Positions 42,301-52,461 of a DNA stretch of 64,000 nt are shown here, in pieces. The stretch lies in the NCBI GenBank assembly GCA_963739395.1, contig CAVUAE010000001.1, forward strand, positions 710,056-774,055, in the 5' to 3' direction. The stretch comes from an uncultured Chloroflexia bacterium. Lineage in GTDB: Bacteria > Chloroflexota > Dehalococcoidia > Dehalococcoidales > RBG-16-60-22. Position numbers and translations under genes: made by a program. A model generated the notes under the pieces. That model was not told where the DNA came from. It saw only the letters and a list, made by a program, of their open reading frames with translations, and made no database searches. Position 1 is the stretch's first letter. Each line of letters opens with the position of its first letter.

Positions 42301-42322
42301 CTTCTTTAGTACTAAATACTAT
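42301..42322. repeat. 22-nt repeat copy 2 (cttctttagtaCtaaatactat)
   Basis: Direct repeat of 40539-40560. Lies 13-34 nt upstream of the radical-SAM ATG. Confidence 0.7.
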
Positions 42323-42525
42323 CTCCTGATTAAACAGATGTATTATCTGTAACATGTAGAATATCATGTCCGTATACGTACTGTCAATGGCCTTATAGGT
42401 AACTTTTACACGCAAAAAAGGGGGAGGGATGAGTAAAGTCAAGAAAAATAGATAATATGTTTTATTTACTTAAAAATTACGTTTTACTATCGTTTACTAT
42501 TCTATTCGCAGGATGATCGTTTTTA

Positions 42526-44262
42526 CTACTCATTAAAGTATTTCATTATATCGTACCCGTGCAGCGGGCGGGCGAAGGCGCCTAAAGGTGTTAAGTGCAC
42601 ATCGCCGGTCCCGTCCGGGCTATCGCCGATGCCAAAGAAGAAACCACCATCGTGCATAATCCAGGGGTTCAGTATAAACGTGCCCTGATTACCGTTGCAG
42701 GTGTCCTCCGTCCAGCTCATTAGATATGCATCGTCCCGTAACTTAACGTAGAGACAAGGTGAACTCCACATCCAGCCGCCCGCGTTTTTATCGAGCATAA
42801 TCGTCCACGAATATGAGTTGGGCGTGCTGTAGACGTGGATTGACTGCATCATCGCTCCGTAAGTCCAGGAGAATGCCTTGCCGACCAGCTCCGTGGTGAA
42901 GCCATGCCGCTCTACCACTGGGGGCGTCAGCCCTCCTCTAAGTTCTAGGACGCCGAAAATCGCTTTATGCCCTACTTCCCAGGGCTTACGTCCGTTGCCG
43001 AGCTGCGCGTCCACACAAGTCGTCAACGCTTTGGAAAAATCGATTGCCTGTGTCAGGTTGCGCAGCGGATTGCTCCCCGTGCAGATATGGGAAAATAGAA
43101 TAATATCCTTAGCGGCTTCAAAGCCCTCGTAGAGTTCGGCGTGCCAGGTCTTTTCACCCTCGACGCGCCATTTTAAATGGTTAGTGTCGATGATATCGTA
43201 TTCCCAGGCTGGACCATCGTCATAACGGAGTGTGAATTTCTTCCCAACCATATAGTCGGACACTTCCATTGTATTGAAGCTCGACATGATAGACTGCCCT
43301 TCAAAAACCTTACAGTTCTTCTTGACAACCTCGTCCACCTCAGCCTGGGTATAGTCCTTATGCATAAACCTCGGGCGATAAGAAGGTCTTGCGCCCTTGT
43401 TTTTAGGGTTAATCATCTTACGGTGTTCTTCACTAAAAGGAATCTCCGTGCCGTAATCACCCAGCGGCTCTAAGTTGGTCGATTGCCCGGTGATTTCGCC
43501 TTCGCCGTAGTACATTGTATAGTCCAGTGCGTCGTTCTTATCAAAGCCGAGCCGCATGCCGATGTGCCGGACCGTAAACAGGTCGATTACTTCCAGTGTA
43601 AAAGTGCCGGAATATTCCTGCTCGACGCGGGAGTAGATATAGAGCCTATCGTTGATTTTAATATAATCGGACGGCGCCGTAATGGTAATCCCGTCAAGCG
43701 GGTCGCTTAACTCAACAAAAGAAGACCAAACGACTGATGGGAAGAAATAAAGCATCTCTACTCCATTATCGTTCTTCCAGTAGGTGCCTTTACCTTCAAT
43801 GCGGTTGGTGAGAGTATGACGTTTTTCTGGTTTTTTAACGCCGGTGTCAACATAGCCGAACATGAAATGACGCCACACTTCGCGTTTATCTTGTTCGAAG
43901 CCGCAAAACCACAACTCGAAGGCAGTAACAAGACTCATCTTAGTATCATAGACAATGCCATAACCGCGGACCGTATCCGGTATCATGTGCGTAAAGAGGA
44001 TGATTTCGTCAAGTTCTTTGGCTGAATATGGCGCTGTTACAGCCTTAGCTCCACCTTCCGTAAGCGTGAGTTTTTCTTTAGATGTGAAATTGTACTCAAG
44101 TGTCGGTCCCTGATCGAGCACGATTTTCAAAGATTTTCCGGATAGTGCCCCAGAAAGCGGCGAGGTACTTCCGGCTTTGGGCGCTGGTTTTAGTTTGGCT
44201 GAAATTTGCGTAGCGGTCAGCGGTGTGTACTTGTTGTAGAAAGTTGACTTAAAGAAATTCAT
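42526..44262 (-). CDS. Hypothetical protein with two tandem MoaF-like (calycin-type) modules
   Basis: Internal duplication is visible: GKSLKIVLDQGPTLEYNFTSKEKLTLTEGG versus GKKFTLRYDDGPAWEYDIIDTNHLKWRVEGE. The family assignment is from memory of MoaF N-domain sequences. Confidence 0.35.
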   Translation of the reverse strand: MNFFKSTFYNKYTPLTATQISAKLKPAPKAGSTSPLSGALSGKSLKIVLDQGPTLEYNFTSKEKLTLTEGGAKAVTAPYSAKELDEIILFTHMIPDTVRGYGIVYDTKMSLVTAFELWFCGFEQDKREVWRHFMFGYVDTGVKKPEKRHTLTNRIEGKGTYWKNDNGVEMLYFFPSVVWSSFVELSDPLDGITITAPSDYIKINDRLYIYSRVEQEYSGTFTLEVIDLFTVRHIGMRLGFDKNDALDYTMYYGEGEITGQSTNLEPLGDYGTEIPFSEEHRKMINPKNKGARPSYRPRFMHKDYTQAEVDEVVKKNCKVFEGQSIMSSFNTMEVSDYMVGKKFTLRYDDGPAWEYDIIDTNHLKWRVEGEKTWHAELYEGFEAAKDIILFSHICTGSNPLRNLTQAIDFSKALTTCVDAQLGNGRKPWEVGHKAIFGVLELRGGLTPPVVERHGFTTELVGKAFSWTYGAMMQSIHVYSTPNSYSWTIMLDKNAGGWMWSSPCLYVKLRDDAYLMSWTEDTCNGNQGTFILNPWIMHDGGFFFGIGDSPDGTGDVHLTPLGAFARPLHGYDIMKYFNE

Positions 44263-44380
44263 TGGGCATACTCCTCTTAAAAATTTTGATTTAACCTTTA
44301 TGCCATATTATCATATTATCAATACAATTTTTAATCAAATCAAAACCCCGGGGCTTAAACCAAGGGGCTAATCTTATTAT

Positions 44381-44406
44381 TGATGGAGATAGGGGAGGGT
44401 CGAACT
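44381..44406 (-). repeat. ssrA 3'-end copy 5 (most degenerate, distal boundary)
   Basis: tgatggagataggggagggtcgaact. By hand alignment, 23 of 27 positions match tggtggagacgggggagggtcgaactc. Confidence 0.6.
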
Positions 44407-44419
44407 GTTACTGGGGGTA

Positions 44420-45202
44420 CTACGAAACCTCATCAAGCGCAAGCCTCAGCTTCCTTACGAAACGGCTAAGGGAGACGAAATTATCTTCAGCCTCCATAAG
44501 TTGAACTATTTTACTGCCAACAATCACGCCATCAGCTATCTTGGCTACCAATTTTGCCTGCTTGGGATTAGATATCCCGAAGCCAACACAGAGCGGCTTG
44601 GTGGTTACTTTCCTTACCCTGGCGACAAACTCTGCTAGATTCGCAGGCAATTTGCTTCTAACACCGGTAACTCCTGTAAGCGAAACCAGGTAGATAAACC
44701 CGCGTGACTTATGAGTTACCAGGCTGATACGCTCTTCGGTACTGGTTGGCGCCAGCAGGTAAATGAGATCAAGGCTATACCTCTGGGTGATAGCTTCCAG
44801 ATCTGAGGCTTCATCAGGAGGCAAGTCCGGGATAATTAAACCGCTGATACCGGATCTGGTACAGTCCTGGCAAAATTTCTCAAGCCCGTAACTATTAATC
44901 GGATTATAATAAGTCATGAATACCAGTGGTACATTCACCTTCTGGTTCAATTGCCGGGCGACCTCTAGGCAAAGTAGCGGAGTAACCCCGTTTTCCAAGG
45001 CATGGAAACTCGCCTTCTGTATAGTCGTACCATCAGCCAGAGGGTCGGAGAAGGGTATCCCCAACTCGATGATATCGCAACCACTGGCGGCAAGAAGAGG
45101 GACAACCTTCAAAGTAGCTTCAATAGTAGGATAGCCTACGGTGACATAGGATATAAGAGCACGGTGATGCATCGTACCGAAAACGGAACCGATTTTGCTC
45201 AT
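44420..45202 (-). CDS. trpA: Tryptophan synthase alpha chain
   Basis: [13 protein letters not shown] and GFGIS motifs. Confidence 0.9.
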   Translation of the reverse strand: MSKIGSVFGTMHHRALISYVTVGYPTIEATLKVVPLLAASGCDIIELGIPFSDPLADGTTIQKASFHALENGVTPLLCLEVARQLNQKVNVPLVFMTYYNPINSYGLEKFCQDCTRSGISGLIIPDLPPDEASDLEAITQRYSLDLIYLLAPTSTEERISLVTHKSRGFIYLVSLTGVTGVRSKLPANLAEFVARVRKVTTKPLCVGFGISNPKQAKLVAKIADGVIVGSKIVQLMEAEDNFVSLSRFVRKLRLALDEVS

Positions 45203-46386
45203 GCCTTCACCTGTAATGCTTTAGATACGGTATCTATATCCTTGTCACCACGCCCGGATAAGTTAACGATGATAATTTGCTGCTTATCCAGAGAGCCTGC
45301 TATCTTCGCGGCATAAAATATGGCATGAGCCGATTCTAGAGCCGGGATAATGCCCTCGGTGCGACATAGTAACTGGAATCCCTCTAGCGCTTCCTTGTCG
45401 GTTACGGCAACATATTCAGCTCGCCCGGTGTCCTTGAGATAACCATGTTCGGGACCAACACCTGGGTAGTCAAGACCGGCAGAAATACTATGTGTCAGTT
45501 GAATCTGACCATGCTCGTCTTGCAGAATGTAGGACTTCGTTCCATGGAGCACACCAACTCTACCTGCTAACAGTGAAGCCGCATGTTTTCCGGACTTTAA
45601 TCCTCTTCCAGCAGCTTCCACGCCAACAAGTCTAGTATTTTTGTCGTTCAAGAAGGGGTAGAAAATCCCTATAGAGTTACTCCCGCCGCCGACGCAGGCG
45701 ATTATATAGTCGGGCAAGCGGTGGCATTTATTCAAAATCTGCTCTCTTGCCTCCTTGCCAATTACCGATTGAAAATCCCGCACCATCATGGGATAAGGAT
45801 GGGGTCCAACCACTGAGCCCAGAAGATAGTAGCTATCCCCAGGATTGGTAACCCAGTCTCTTATTGCCTCATTAATAGCGTCTTTTAACGTCCGGCTACC
45901 GCTGCGAACTGACCTCACTTCAGCACCCATTAGCTTCATTCGGAAGACATTTAGCGACTGGCGGCGCATATCTTCTTCACCCATATAGACGATGCAGTCC
46001 AAACCAAACCTGGCGCAAACCGCGGCAGTCGCTACCCCATGCTGCCCTGCCCCAGTCTCAGCAATGATTCTCTTCTTTTTCATTCTACGGGCAAGAAGGC
46101 CTTGCCCCAAAGCATTATTAATTTTATGGGCTCCGGTGTGAGTTAAATCCTCTCTCTTAAGAAAGATTTGAGCGCCGCCACAGTGTTTGGTTAGTTTCTC
46201 CGCAAAATAGAGCGGAGTCGGCCTGCCTGAATAATCACGGGACAAAGAATCGAATTCAGCCCAAAAAGCAGGGTCAGCCTTCGCCTCATTATAGGCAACA
46301 ATCAGCTCATCCAGGACTGGCATCAGAGTCTCTGGGACAAACCGGCCTCCGTAATTGCCAAAATATCCTCTGTTATCGGGTAACAC
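45199..46386 (-). CDS. trpB: Tryptophan synthase beta chain
   Basis: [19 protein letters not shown]-lysine motif and GGGSNSIG. Confidence 0.95.
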   Translation of the reverse strand: MLPDNRGYFGNYGGRFVPETLMPVLDELIVAYNEAKADPAFWAEFDSLSRDYSGRPTPLYFAEKLTKHCGGAQIFLKREDLTHTGAHKINNALGQGLLARRMKKKRIIAETGAGQHGVATAAVCARFGLDCIVYMGEEDMRRQSLNVFRMKLMGAEVRSVRSGSRTLKDAINEAIRDWVTNPGDSYYLLGSVVGPHPYPMMVRDFQSVIGKEAREQILNKCHRLPDYIIACVGGGSNSIGIFYPFLNDKNTRLVGVEAAGRGLKSGKHAASLLAGRVGVLHGTKSYILQDEHGQIQLTHSISAGLDYPGVGPEHGYLKDTGRAEYVAVTDKEALEGFQLLCRTEGIIPALESAHAIFYAAKIAGSLDKQQIIIVNLSGRGDKDIDTVSKALQVKA

Positions 46387-47437
46387 CTTTGTCCTCCTTC
46401 TGAATAGATTTAGGCTTGTTTTTCACCATCTCTTGCTCTGATTGGCTGGTCAAACGATTTATCTCGCTCATTAGCGTGGCGAACTGTTCTGGATAGAGGG
46501 ACTGCATACCATCAGATAAGGCGTGCAAAGGGTCATTGTGCACCTCAACCAGGATACCATCCGCACCTACCGCTATCGCTCCCCGCGAAAGGGGTATAAC
46601 ATACTCTCTTCTCCCGGCAGCGTGGCTGGGGTCAACTATAACTGGTAAGTGACTGACCTCTTTAATGGTAAGCACGGCACTTAAATCCAGAGTATTCCTG
46701 GTATTGTCGGAAAAAGTACGGATTCCGCGTTCACACAGGATAACGCGAGCATTCCCTTCAGCCATGATATATTCAGCCGACATCAGCAGCTCTTCAATCG
46801 TTGCCGCAAAACCGCGTTTCAACAGGACTGGTTTTTTGCTGTTTCCCACCCGGCGGAGCAGGGAATAATTTTGCATGTTCCTGGCGCCAATTTGTATGAT
46901 ATCGGCATATTGCTCGACGAGTTCAATATTGTTATGGTCGGTCGCCTCGGTTACAATCAACAGTCCCGTCTCTTCACGGACCTTCCTGAGTATTTTTAAT
47001 CCTTCTTCGCCTAAGCCTTGAAAACTATAGGGTGATGTCCTTGGTTTAAAGGCGCCGCCGCGAAAGACCTGTGCCCCGCATTGTTTCACGAGACGAGCTA
47101 TGGTAAGCGCCTGTTGTTCGCTCTCTATGGCACAGGGTCCGGCCATAATTACCGGCTTACTCCCGCCAACCATAACGTCCCCGATGGTGATGATTGTAGG
47201 CTGTGGATGCGTTTCCCGACTCACCAGTTTATAGGGTTTCGTTACACGGATAGTCTCTTTAACACCATCCAATACAAGCAGATGCGAATCATCTATTGGT
47301 CCCGGATTACCAACTATGCAAACAGCGGTGCGCTGGACACCAGGGATGGGAATGCCCCGATAGCCCAAGGCTTCAATTTCATGAATAACCGCTTTTACCT
47401 GTTCCTCCGTAACATCGTTCCTCATAATAACAAGCAT
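46373..47437 (-). CDS. aroF: 3-deoxy-7-phosphoheptulonate (DAHP) synthase, type I-beta with N-terminal ferredoxin-like regulatory domain
   Basis: [18 protein letters not shown] and DPSH motifs. About 70-aa N-terminal extension. Confidence 0.85.
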   Translation of the reverse strand: MLVIMRNDVTEEQVKAVIHEIEALGYRGIPIPGVQRTAVCIVGNPGPIDDSHLLVLDGVKETIRVTKPYKLVSRETHPQPTIITIGDVMVGGSKPVIMAGPCAIESEQQALTIARLVKQCGAQVFRGGAFKPRTSPYSFQGLGEEGLKILRKVREETGLLIVTEATDHNNIELVEQYADIIQIGARNMQNYSLLRRVGNSKKPVLLKRGFAATIEELLMSAEYIMAEGNARVILCERGIRTFSDNTRNTLDLSAVLTIKEVSHLPVIVDPSHAAGRREYVIPLSRGAIAVGADGILVEVHNDPLHALSDGMQSLYPEQFATLMSEINRLTSQSEQEMVKNKPKSIQKEDKGVTR

Positions 47438-47488
47438 ATATTTACCCCTCCCTTATCGACTTCACAACTTGAATGAATTCCTTGATTT

Positions 47489-48094
47489 TCAATATATCTT
47501 TTTGCCATTTGTTTCTACGCCGGAAGAGACATCGACCCCCCAAGGGTGGACATCCTTAATAAGTTCGCCGACGTTGCCAGGCGTCAGACCTCCGGCAATC
47601 ATGAGAGGGAAAACAGTTTTAATCTCCCTAGCTAATCGCCAGTTGAATGCCTGACCGGTCCCACCATAAGCAGCACTAAACTTCGAGTCCAAAAGAAAGA
47701 TTAGCTCTTGCTTTTGGTAAACCTCGCATCCTCTTTTTATCTCGGTTAAAATTTGTTCGGCTTTCTTATCTGCTGATACATGAAGAGCTTTTATAATTGG
47801 ATACTTAATATCCCGGCAATAATCCCAGGTCTCGTCACCGCTGAGCTGTACCCGGTCCAAGTGACAGAGTTCGGCAATATGATTCACTTCTTGAGCTGCT
47901 GCATTCACAAAGACGCCGACAAGCGCCGGTCGCGGGTTCAAGCCACGTACTGCTGACGCAATCTGTAACGCTTTTTTGGGGGAGATGTAACGCCGACTTG
48001 GTGCGAATACCAGACCCAGGAAATCAGCGCCAGCCTCGGCAGCGACCAAGGCGTGTTCTATCTCAGTTAGCCCGCAGATTTTGACTTTGGTCAC
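47489..48094 (-). CDS. trpF: Phosphoribosylanthranilate isomerase
   Basis: [11 protein letters not shown]-terminus and the GVDVSSGVE motif. Confidence 0.85.
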   Translation of the reverse strand: MTKVKICGLTEIEHALVAAEAGADFLGLVFAPSRRYISPKKALQIASAVRGLNPRPALVGVFVNAAAQEVNHIAELCHLDRVQLSGDETWDYCRDIKYPIIKALHVSADKKAEQILTEIKRGCEVYQKQELIFLLDSKFSAAYGGTGQAFNWRLAREIKTVFPLMIAGGLTPGNVGELIKDVHPWGVDVSSGVETNGKKIY

Positions 48095-48867
48095 AGTAAC
48101 TCCTTCATCTTAGCTTTGATATCAGGCGCTGCCATTAAAGCTTCACCAATTAGAACGGCATCAATACCCCACTTTGCCATCTTTTCTATATCATTGCGGT
48201 CCTTGATGCCACTTTCAGCGACTATTATTTTATCTTGCGGTATAAAGCGTGCGAGACGCTCGGTATTATTGATGTCCACGGCAAAGGTTTTCAGGTCGCG
48301 ATTATTGATACCGATAATGTTAGCCCCGCTTTGTAGAGCAATTTTAAGTTCCGCTTCGTCATGCACCTCAACCAAACAACTCATACCCAACTCGTGGCTT
48401 AATCCGATTAAGCCTGCTAATTTCTCGGCTGTCAGGATAACCACGATAAGAAGTATGGCATCGGCACCATAAGCTCTGGACTCGTAAACCTGGTAGGGAT
48501 CATTAATGAAGTCCTTCCTGAGCAAAGGCAATCTCTTGTTTCCGAGACTATCGCTTATACCTTTTAAATGGCTGAGACTGCCGTGAAAATATTTGGGTTC
48601 GGTCAGTACCGATATCGCTGAAGCACCGTTATTGGCATAGATTCCGGCTATCTCTACCGGGTCGAAGTCGGGACGGATAACACCCCTGGATGGAGACGTT
48701 TTCTTCACCTCGGCAATAAGCCGAATTTGCTCATCATTTATTGCCGCAGCAAAGTCGAGCGGTGGGGATTGTTCCAGAGCCAGTCTTCGCATTTCTGTCA
48801 GAGGAACAGCTTGTTTCCTCGCTTCAAGTTCCGACCGATTGTCAGCGACTATCTGTTCTAAAATCAT
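48091..48867 (-). CDS. trpC: Indole-3-glycerol phosphate synthase
   Basis: [18 protein letters not shown] and GINNRDL motifs. Confidence 0.9.
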   Translation of the reverse strand: MILEQIVADNRSELEARKQAVPLTEMRRLALEQSPPLDFAAAINDEQIRLIAEVKKTSPSRGVIRPDFDPVEIAGIYANNGASAISVLTEPKYFHGSLSHLKGISDSLGNKRLPLLRKDFINDPYQVYESRAYGADAILLIVVILTAEKLAGLIGLSHELGMSCLVEVHDEAELKIALQSGANIIGINNRDLKTFAVDINNTERLARFIPQDKIIVAESGIKDRNDIEKMAKWGIDAVLIGEALMAAPDIKAKMKELL

Positions 48868-49889
48868 TTTGGGCTCCCGATAGAACTTTGACTAATCTTG
48901 ATTAGCTGCTCCAGTTTAGCAATGGCACGACCACTATCAATTATTTCTCTAGATAGAGACACCCCTGATTGAAGCGTTTCCACCCTGTCTCCGGCAACCA
49001 GGGCAGCAGCGGCATTCATCAATACGACGTCTCGCCGGGGTCCGGGACTACCGGCGAGAACACCGCGTAATATAGCGGCATTTTCTGCGACGTCGCCACC
49101 TCTTAGACTGCTCAAATCGGCCGGCGCTAAACCGAAGTCTTCGGGACAGATGGAATAGGTTTTGATATTACCGTCTTTTAGCTCGCAGATTTGAGTTAGA
49201 CCATTAATGGTTATCTCATCCAAGCCATCCTCGCCGTGAACTACCAGTGCGTGATGACATTCCAGTGCTTTCAGCGCTAAAGCCATTTTCTCTACCAGAG
49301 TTCCGTCGGCCACGCCCAGGACTTGTGCCTTAGCGCCAGCGGGGTTGGTTAACGGACCAAGTATGTTAAATACAGTTCGGATGCCGATTTCGCGTCTTGG
49401 CGCTGCCGCTTGCTTCATCGCCGGGTGGAACATTGGAGCAAACATAAAACCAATGCCCACTTGTTCCAAACATTTCTGCACCTGTTCTGCGTTCAGTTCA
49501 ATCCTGACCCCTAGTGCTTCCAGCACATCAGCGCTACCACACTGGCTGCTGGCCGCACGATTGCCGTGCTTGGCTACCTTCAGTCCAGCGCCAGCAACAA
49601 CGAAAGCAGCCGCAGTAGAAATATTGAAGGTATTAAAACCGTCACCGCCTGTGCCTACGATATCAAGCACCGGTTCAGTTATAACCACCTGTGTTGCCTT
49701 GGCTCGCATGACACCGGCCAGTCCGGCAATTTCTTCCGCTGTCTCCCCCTTCATTCTCAAGGCTGTGAGAAAGGCACCAAGTTGCGCCGGGGTAGCTTTG
49801 CCCTCCATTATCTCTTCCATGACCGAGGCGGTCTCCTTGGTTGTTAGTTGACGACCTGATACCAAGATACCGATAGCTTCTCTAATCAT
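48864..49889 (-). CDS. trpD: Anthranilate phosphoribosyltransferase
   Basis: DIVGTGGDG and KHGNRAASS motifs. Confidence 0.9.
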   Translation of the reverse strand: MIREAIGILVSGRQLTTKETASVMEEIMEGKATPAQLGAFLTALRMKGETAEEIAGLAGVMRAKATQVVITEPVLDIVGTGGDGFNTFNISTAAAFVVAGAGLKVAKHGNRAASSQCGSADVLEALGVRIELNAEQVQKCLEQVGIGFMFAPMFHPAMKQAAAPRREIGIRTVFNILGPLTNPAGAKAQVLGVADGTLVEKMALALKALECHHALVVHGEDGLDEITINGLTQICELKDGNIKTYSICPEDFGLAPADLSSLRGGDVAENAAILRGVLAGSPGPRRDVVLMNAAAALVAGDRVETLQSGVSLSREIIDSGRAIAKLEQLIKISQSSIGSPK

Positions 49890-50475
49890 GACTGGTTCTC
49901 CTTAATTTTAGAAAGTTTCTCAGTATATCTTTCCCGCACTGAGTCATAAACGATTCAGGATGAAACTGAACACCCTCGACCGGGTTTTGGCGGTGTCGCA
50001 GTCCCATAATAGTGCCATCATCCGTCCACGCCGTTACTTCCAGACAATCGGGGAGTTTGTCACGCCCTACCATCAGGGAATGATAGCGAATGGCGGAGAA
50101 GGGATTGGGCAGTCCAGCGAATACCCCCTTGTTTTTATGATGTATCTCCGACGACTTACCGTGCATTATCACAGGGGCTTGCTGGATAAAGCCACCGTAA
50201 CTATAGCCGATGCACTGGTGGCCCAGACATACACCGAGTATCGGCAACCTGATACCAAAATGTTTTATAACCTCGTTGGAGATGCCTGCCTTTAGCGGTG
50301 TGGATGGGCCGGGTGATATCACTATTCGTTCCGGATTCATCCGGTCGATATCCTGTAGAGTAGTTTTGTCATTACGTACCACCAATACGTCTTCGCCCAA
50401 CTCACTTAAATACTGGAACAGGTTATAGGTGAAGCTGTCGTAATTATCTATCAGTAATAACATCGCTCCTCCCAT
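49882..50475 (-). CDS. trpG: Anthranilate synthase component II (glutamine amidotransferase)
   Basis: LLIDNYDSFTYNL, GVCLGHQ and FHPES triad motifs. The start may be the internal MLLLIDN (50463). Confidence 0.9.
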   Translation of the reverse strand: MGGAMLLLIDNYDSFTYNLFQYLSELGEDVLVVRNDKTTLQDIDRMNPERIVISPGPSTPLKAGISNEVIKHFGIRLPILGVCLGHQCIGYSYGGFIQQAPVIMHGKSSEIHHKNKGVFAGLPNPFSAIRYHSLMVGRDKLPDCLEVTAWTDDGTIMGLRHRQNPVEGVQFHPESFMTQCGKDILRNFLKLRRTSHD

Positions 50476-51916
50476 CTGTTGTTGAACTCTCAGCCTGACT
50501 TATGGCTTTGAGCAGCACCTGCATTTTATTCATTGATTCTTCGTATTCGCGCTCAGGCACACTATCGTAGACAATACCAGCGCCCGCCTGCATGTAAGCA
50601 ACGCCCTTCGTCATCACCATAGTTCTTATCGCTATGGCCATGTCCATATTACCCGAATAGGAAAAATAGCCAGCGGCGCCGGCGTAGGGTCCCCTTTTCT
50701 CTGGCTCAAGCTCAGCGATTATTTCCATAGCCCGAATCTTAGGCGCGCCAGACACCGTGCCCGCAGGAAAACAGGCGCGAAGGGCATCAAAAGCGGTGAG
50801 GTCATGCCTTAACTTACCCTGGACATGGGTGACCAGGTGCATGACATGGGAATAACGCTCAACATTCATCAGGTCGCTTATTTCAACTGTACCTGGTTTA
50901 CTGACACGCCCGATATCATTACGCCCCAGGTCTACCAGCATAATGTGTTCCGCGCGCTCTTTTTCATTACTGCGGAGTTCCTTTTCTAGCGAAGTATCCT
51001 CAGCCGGATTACTTCCTCGAGGTCTGGTCCCAGCTAAGGGGCGTGTCATTACTGTGCCATCCTCTACCCTAACCAGCATCTCAGGAGAAGCCCCTATTAT
51101 TTGAAAGTGATTGAAGTCGAGGAAAAACATATACGGGGAAGGATTAATGGTGCGGAGTACCCGATAGATTTCAAAAGGGGTGGCTTCGGTATGTAGAGCC
51201 AAGCGTTGGGATAACACCACCTGGATGGCCTCGCCAGCGGTGATGTACTGCTTTATCTTAAGCACACTTTTCTCGAAATTTTCTTTAGAGATGTTTGATG
51301 AAATTTTGTGGTTCTTTCGATGCCGAGCAGGACTGCTGGCAGGCTGGTCGGGCGGCAATGGTTGTTTTAGTCTTTCTATCAGGGCATCAATCTTGTCAGT
51401 CGCCTGTTGATAAGCGGCGTTAATATCGCCGTCAAGATGGACATGACTCAGGACTTTAATTTTATGAGTGACATGGTCGAAAACAAGCATAGTATCGACA
51501 AACATAAATAGCGATTCAGGTAAAGAAAGACTGTCGCCATCTGGTGACGGTAGCTTTTCGAAGCGGGTCACTGTTTCATAAGCCAGATAGCCTACAGCAC
51601 CACCAGTAAAACGCGGCAGGTCGCTGACGGTAACAATTTTATATTTATTTAGTTCTTTGGCAATCAGGGCAAGTGGGTCGACATTATCTGAGCTCCTGGT
51701 TGTTAGGACTTTGTATGGTTTAGTACCGATAAAACTATATCGCGCCACTCTCTGTCCACCCTCGACACTTTCCAAGAGAAAAGAATTACCACCCCGGTTA
51801 ATCTTGAGAAAGACAGACACAGGAGTCTCAAGGTCGGCAATAACCTCACGGTAGATAGGTATGAGATTACCATCTTTCCTGTACTTTTTTACTTCTTCTA
51901 GTGTCGGAAAATACAT
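50444..51916 (-). CDS. trpE: Anthranilate synthase component I
   Basis: Chorismate-binding motifs (GAPKIRAMEII, GGAVGYL). Start moved to the ATG at 51916 (MYFPTLEEV) with GGGAGG 8 nt upstream. The ORF track uses TTG at 51940. Confidence 0.9.
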   Translation of the reverse strand: MYFPTLEEVKKYRKDGNLIPIYREVIADLETPVSVFLKINRGGNSFLLESVEGGQRVARYSFIGTKPYKVLTTRSSDNVDPLALIAKELNKYKIVTVSDLPRFTGGAVGYLAYETVTRFEKLPSPDGDSLSLPESLFMFVDTMLVFDHVTHKIKVLSHVHLDGDINAAYQQATDKIDALIERLKQPLPPDQPASSPARHRKNHKISSNISKENFEKSVLKIKQYITAGEAIQVVLSQRLALHTEATPFEIYRVLRTINPSPYMFFLDFNHFQIIGASPEMLVRVEDGTVMTRPLAGTRPRGSNPAEDTSLEKELRSNEKERAEHIMLVDLGRNDIGRVSKPGTVEISDLMNVERYSHVMHLVTHVQGKLRHDLTAFDALRACFPAGTVSGAPKIRAMEIIAELEPEKRGPYAGAAGYFSYSGNMDMAIAIRTMVMTKGVAYMQAGAGIVYDSVPEREYEESMNKMQVLLKAISQAESSTTDGRSDVITDR

Positions 51917-51942
51917 TGAACTAAGCCTCCCGTCAGACAAAT

Positions 51943-52237
51943 AAAAAACCTCTCAACCCCGTTAGGGGCGAGAGGTTTAACCTTTCGCGGTGCCACCCTA
52001 ATTGATTGCCCGGGAAAAGAAATACTGGCAATCATCTCTTTTGAGGTACGGCCTCAATATTTCTGAAGCGATACCCTGGGTTTCATTAACGGGACCCTTT
52101 CCGTCAAATCCTACTCGGTTTATACCCTTTCGGTTTGCAGCTCCCGAACCCATTCAACCTCTGCGCTAGCACCGGCTCACACCTAACCCGGTTCTCTGAG
52201 CTCCGCTGGAAGCCTACTAGTCTCGTTCCAAGCCTTT
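51943..52237 (-). promoter_or_regulatory. T-box riboswitch leader, Trp-specific, with intrinsic terminator
   Basis: Minus-strand GGGUGGCACCGCG (plus-strand 51986-51998), then the terminator AACCUCUCGCCCCUAACGGGGUUGAGAGGUU plus U6. AGAGA box at 52193-52197. GAAUGGG specifier context with UGG at 52150-52152. Confidence 0.75.
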
Positions 52238-52243
52238 AGAAAA

Positions 52244-52273
52244 AGTATAGTCGATTAGCCAGGTTTCTGTCAA
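52244..52273 (-). promoter_or_regulatory. Sigma70-like promoter of the trp leader
   Basis: Minus strand TTGACA-18 nt-TATACT. Confidence 0.5.
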
Positions 52274-52387
52274 GAAGGAGACAAACACAACTAAAAATCT
52301 CCTGAGCGTATATTGCGTCATATTGTTCATCTAGGTTAAATCAAATCCGTGTTTTAAATGAACCTATAAACGGCTCATCCGTGTTTC

Positions 52388-52415
52388 TGGTGGAGATGGG
52401 GGAGGGTCGAACTCC
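52388..52415 (-). repeat. ssrA 3'-end copy 4
   Basis: tggtggagatgggggagggtcgaactcc. 26 of 27 core positions match. Confidence 0.7.
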
Positions 52416-52461
52416 ACCTGAAATATTGTCTATAAAGAGATTTTAAACAAAATTTATTAAG

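Noticed and set aside
42420-42429. gggggaggga upstream of the MoaF-like gene shares 9 nt with the ssrA repeat core.
   Set aside because: Only the G-rich 9-mer matches. The flanks (aaaaaa / tgagtaaag) do not align with the tmRNA end.
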